29,710 bases of DNA. It comes from an uncultured archaeon (GTDB lineage: Archaea; Iainarchaeota; Iainarchaeia; Iainarchaeales; CSSED10-239). Positions 26,096 through 29,710 of this stretch are shown in pieces. Where the stretch lies: NCBI GenBank assembly GCA_964496765.1, contig CAZCAP010000010.1, positions 1-29,710 of the forward strand, read 5' to 3'. The first letter of the stretch is position 1, and each line of letters opens with the position of its first letter. The notes beneath the pieces were generated by a model that saw only the letters and a list, made by a program, of their open reading frames with translations, had not been told where the DNA came from and did no database searches. Made by a program: the position numbers and the translations under genes.

Positions 26096-26761
26096 TTAAA
26101 GAACCTTAATAAATATTTCTGAAAAGAAATCATCCTGCCAAACATTTATCTTCTTATCCTGGGATAAAAAAAGAAGAGGCATAAAGTAAAACTCAATAAT
26201 CTCGAATGGATCCTTTGTTCTTTCCTGTAATTTAGAAAAGACTAGACAACCCTCCTGATCAATCTCATCCCTAAGAATAGAAAATAATCTATCTGTTCTT
26301 TCAGTAATGTCTATTGATTTTCTAGGAAGAACGAAAACAGCATCCTCTTTTTCTTTTATTTGCCTTGTAAGATTAGTTTTTGTAGGCCTATTCATTAGGG
26401 TATCAACTATATCAATTAGATCATTCAATGATACCTGGCCTTCTCTTAGCTTAATTGAATTATTAAAACTAATTGTGTTTAGGTTGTAAATATCTTCATC
26501 CGTTGGAATCCTAAGAGGTTCATCATCAATTGATGTTAGCTTAAGAGAGTATGCCTTTAGGCGAAGAAGAATAGCAGCTGCAAGAAGAGCATTTGCTGGA
26601 ACAAGCAGGTTCTCCTGCTTTAGTTCATGAATCTTCTTTAGATATAAGTCTGTTAATCTAATTATATCCACATTCCAGATATCAAAATCATTTTGCTTAA
26701 CAACATCAAATAATAGAATCTTCCAGTTTGGCTGATCTATTATATTAACTAGGTTTTCCAT
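26096..26761 (-). CDS. scpA: Segregation and condensation protein A
   Basis: DFDIWNVDIIRLTDLYLKKIHELK...ALLAAAILLRLKAYSL...FLALLFLSQDKKI-like C-terminus. Confidence 0.87.
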   Translation of the reverse strand: MENLVNIIDQPNWKILLFDVVKQNDFDIWNVDIIRLTDLYLKKIHELKQENLLVPANALLAAAILLRLKAYSLKLTSIDDEPLRIPTDEDIYNLNTISFNNSIKLREGQVSLNDLIDIVDTLMNRPTKTNLTRQIKEKEDAVFVLPRKSIDITERTDRLFSILRDEIDQEGCLVFSKLQERTKDPFEIIEFYFMPLLFLSQDKKINVWQDDFFSEIFIKVL

Positions 26762-26870
26762 AACTTTATTTCCTTTAGATTATAAGTCATAAATAAGGTA
26801 AGACAATGTATTTATAAATATATTTTAGATAAAAAGAAAAAAGAAAAAAAAATTAAAGAAAATTAATAAC

Positions 26871-27554
26871 TTAATTTTCTAAAACCTGAGCATTAAATTG
26901 CTTTGCATCCCCGTCAGCAAACTTAATTGATTGACTTGGGCCTTCAATATAGATTATGTTTTCTTTTTCAAAGTAAATAGCAATTTTTTCAGTAATTAAT
27001 CTAAATTTGTTTGTTTGAGATTTAAGAACCTCTTCAAAAATCAGGTTTATGTTATCCGAAGGGAACACAATGTCAATTCCAGTCTTCTTACCTTGAACCC
27101 TGTTAGCAACGTCTGCTAAATCTATTGTCCCAACCACATTAAACTTTAATGTAAAATTTTCAACAGAAAATGTTTCAATTAATTTTTTTAGAAAATCCTG
27201 TGTTTTCTTTGAATCTTGGAAAATATATGTTCTATAGCATCTAAAATTCTCAAGGAATCTATTTGCATCATTCATATCCTTGTACAAATAATCAATTTCA
27301 TCCTTAACCTGGGAAACAACAGCATGCATTTTCTTGTAAAGTGAAATAAGCTCTCTTTTTTTAATCTCATCTTCAATTTCCTTTTCAAGATGCTTATTTT
27401 TCTCAAACAAGGTTTCTATCTCCTTAACATCACTAGCTATGCAATTAAATATTTCAGAAACAGGAGCATAGAGCTCAAGAGCTTTGTTTGTTCTATATAG
27501 ATTCTTATTTAAAGACTCAAATGTCTTCTTAAGTTTAGTGTTTACATCATTCAT
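26871..27554 (-). CDS. Coiled-coil hypothetical protein
   Basis: 227 aa ORF with long heptad-like N-terminal region. Confidence 0.65.
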   Translation of the reverse strand: MNDVNTKLKKTFESLNKNLYRTNKALELYAPVSEIFNCIASDVKEIETLFEKNKHLEKEIEDEIKKRELISLYKKMHAVVSQVKDEIDYLYKDMNDANRFLENFRCYRTYIFQDSKKTQDFLKKLIETFSVENFTLKFNVVGTIDLADVANRVQGKKTGIDIVFPSDNINLIFEEVLKSQTNKFRLITEKIAIYFEKENIIYIEGPSQSIKFADGDAKQFNAQVLEN

Positions 27555-27635
27555 AATTGATTACCTCTTATTAACTATTAACCCCATTAGATATATACTT
27601 TAATTGGGTTTTAAAAGATATTGTTTTATGTAGAT

Positions 27636-28544
27636 TTACTCTTTTTTAAGTTCTTTATAGGCTTCAAAAGCTGAAACAGAACCCTGTGCTTCTGAGGTAA
27701 TAACCTGCTTTAAATCAGTTGAATCAGTAATATCTCCTGCTGCAAAAAGCCCAGGAATATTAGTTCTTTGGGATCTATCAACCTTGATGAATCCATGATT
27801 ATCAAGATCCACCTTTAGATTCTTTAGCATATCTGTGTTTGGAACTGATCCTATCTCTACAAATAAACCATCCAGTTCTTTTTCTGTACCTGTTTGGAAT
27901 TTCACTCCTGTTAGCTTTGTTTCTCCAAGAAGTTCAGTTACTTCTGTATTGTACAATATTTCAATTTTTGGATTTTTAATTACAAGGTCAGCCCATGAAG
28001 GTTCTGCTCTTAATTGGTTTTTTCTATAGATTAGATAAACCTTGCTAGCTACATCTGCAAGAACTAAAGCAGAGGTTACTGCTGCATCAGCTCCACCAAC
28101 AACCCCAACAACTTTGTTTTTGAAAAAACCAGCATCACAGGTTGCACAATAGGATATTCCTTTTCCAATAAATTCAATTTCTTTATCTAGGCCTAGACTC
28201 CTTCTTGTGTTTCCAAGAGCTAGAATTACCTTGGATGCCTTAAGTGTTCTTGTGTCTGTGTTTACAATAAATGTATTTCCTTCTTTTTCAATCTTCATAA
28301 CCTTTTCATAGTAGATTGGAACTTCTAGAGCTTCTACCTGTTCAGTTATTTTATTCATAAGTTCAATTCCTGATATTTCAATAAATCCAGGATAATTACA
28401 AACCATGTGCGCAAGAGTAATTGTTCCTCCAAGAGATCCAGAGATAACAACTGTGTTCATCTTGTATCTTCCTGCATAGATTGCAGCAGCAAGCCCTGCT
28501 GGACCTCCCCCAACAATTACTAAATCATAAACATTATCCTGCAT
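27636..28544 (-). CDS. trxB: Thioredoxin-disulfide reductase
   Basis: VIVGGGPAGLAAAIYAGR, CATCDAGFFKNKVVGVVGGADAA, GLFAAGDITD. Confidence 0.95.
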   Translation of the reverse strand: MQDNVYDLVIVGGGPAGLAAAIYAGRYKMNTVVISGSLGGTITLAHMVCNYPGFIEISGIELMNKITEQVEALEVPIYYEKVMKIEKEGNTFIVNTDTRTLKASKVILALGNTRRSLGLDKEIEFIGKGISYCATCDAGFFKNKVVGVVGGADAAVTSALVLADVASKVYLIYRKNQLRAEPSWADLVIKNPKIEILYNTEVTELLGETKLTGVKFQTGTEKELDGLFVEIGSVPNTDMLKNLKVDLDNHGFIKVDRSQRTNIPGLFAAGDITDSTDLKQVITSEAQGSVSAFEAYKELKKE

Positions 28545-28602
28545 AGGTCACCACCAAACTATCTTAAAAAAAGTTTTTAAAAAAATAAAATCATGCAGAC
28601 CT

Positions 28603-29511
28603 TTAAAGATCTGCATCTACCTTAAGCTTAAGCTTAGCTTTAAGCTCTCTGTATCTGTTTCTTATGGTTACTTCTGTTACTCCAGCAACATTAGCAACTT
28701 CCTTCTGTGTTCTTCTTTCTCCTGACATCAGAGCAGCTATGTAAACAGCAGCAGCAGCAACACCAGTTGGACCTCTTCCAGAGATTAAACCTGATGTGAT
28801 TGCTTTCTTAACTATTTGCTTACCCTTTGTTTCAACCTCAGCTGAAAGATTAAGAACAGAAACAAATCTTGAGATATAATATGTTGGATCTGTTAATGGA
28901 ACTGAAATATCTAACTCCTTAACAATGAATCTATAAGTTCTTCCAATTTCTTTCTTTGTTAAACCTGATGCTTCAGCCATCTCATTCAATGTTCTTGGAA
29001 CATTATAGGTTCTACAAACAGAATATAGAACAGCAGAAACAACAGCTTCAATTAATCTACCTCTAATTAATCCTTTTTCAACAGTCTTTCTATAGAGAAG
29101 AGCAGCTGTTTCAATTAAAGCGTTTGGAATATTTAAATATGATGCAATTCTTCTAAGCTCAGTTAAAGCAATTGATAGATTTCTTTGCATTGAATTTGAG
29201 ATTGATGATCTCTTATGCCATTTAATTAATCTATACATCTGTGCTCTTGACTTAGTTGAAAGCTTATTTCCTCTAAGATCTCTTCCTGATCTTTCAATCA
29301 TGGTTTCAAGACCCTTGTTTATCTTTGTATATTTCATTGGTGAGCCTGTACCAACATTTTCTTGTTTGTCTGAGTTTTCAAAAGATCTCCAATCCTTACC
29401 CATATCAATTTGATCATCTGACATAACAACATGACACTTTTTACACACATACTCTCCGGTTTTTGGATCTCTATGTACGTTTTCTGAACTACATTCTGGA
29501 CACTTTACCAT
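28603..29511 (-). CDS. tfb: Transcription initiation factor B (TFIIB homolog); start refined to MVKCPEC
   Basis: Zn ribbon CPECSSENVHRDPKTGEYVCKKCHVV and two cyclin-like repeats. Confidence 0.95.
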   Translation of the reverse strand: MVKCPECSSENVHRDPKTGEYVCKKCHVVMSDDQIDMGKDWRSFENSDKQENVGTGSPMKYTKINKGLETMIERSGRDLRGNKLSTKSRAQMYRLIKWHKRSSISNSMQRNLSIALTELRRIASYLNIPNALIETAALLYRKTVEKGLIRGRLIEAVVSAVLYSVCRTYNVPRTLNEMAEASGLTKKEIGRTYRFIVKELDISVPLTDPTYYISRFVSVLNLSAEVETKGKQIVKKAITSGLISGRGPTGVAAAAVYIAALMSGERRTQKEVANVAGVTEVTIRNRYRELKAKLKLKVDADL

Positions 29512-29710
29512 TGATAACACCTCTAGTTTTTTAGATTTGAATAAATTTAGAATCATTTGCGTTGAATCTAAATAAAAAATATTAAAATAATAATCAAATT
29601 TTAGTTATACTACACTAACCCATTCCACACATTTTATTTTTTCTTAAAAAAAGCAAAAGCTATATAAATATAATAGTTTTTCACATATATAAAGGTTTCG
29701 GCTAATCTGG

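Noticed and set aside
29650-29710. Possible structured RNA (TATATAAA followed by GGTTTCGGCTAATCTGG) resembling the start of an rRNA
   Set aside because: Only about 20 nt before the window edge and mismatched to the conserved 16S start; cannot be supported without downstream sequence.

Overview
AT-rich archaeal window, most likely DPANN/Pacearchaeota-Woesearchaeota-like. Lineage is inferred from TFB, Trm5, archaeal GluRS/TyrRS, ScpA/ScpB, a class III signal peptide protein and GGTGA Shine-Dalgarno sites. Housekeeping genes (disA-like, gltX, tyrS, tRNA-Asn, trm5, scpA/scpB, trxB, tfb) flank a roughly 7 kb accessory island at about 5.0-12.2 kb. The most interesting signal is a 60-63 nt leader repeated in this island and once more at 19.6 kb. 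Its approximate consensus is TTTTGCTTGGACA(CG|GC)TACCCTCCCGAAAGGGATATACACCACAATTTCTATAATATATGTGGTGA. It sits immediately 5' of unrelated accessory ORFs: BRO-N, two divergent YhcG/DUF1016 PD-(D/E)XK proteins and two different ORF6N proteins. A degenerate trace precedes a RhuM gene, and one copy is an orphan. The element ends exactly at the Shine-Dalgarno, and in most copies the GGTG is complementary to an upstream CACC. It is read in different frames relative to the ORFs, so it is a nucleic-acid element rather than protein. I interpret it as an undescribed regulatory leader or cassette boundary of a mobile single-gene accessory family; that interpretation is unproven. Other notable items are an ORF6N/RecG-C chimera, an AbiE-like pair, a HEPN/MNT pair, a RelBE pair whose toxin has an in-frame stop, bacterial-type DisA in an archaeon, and a tiny HExxH membrane protein. 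All calls come from reading the sequence; no searches or folding programs were run.
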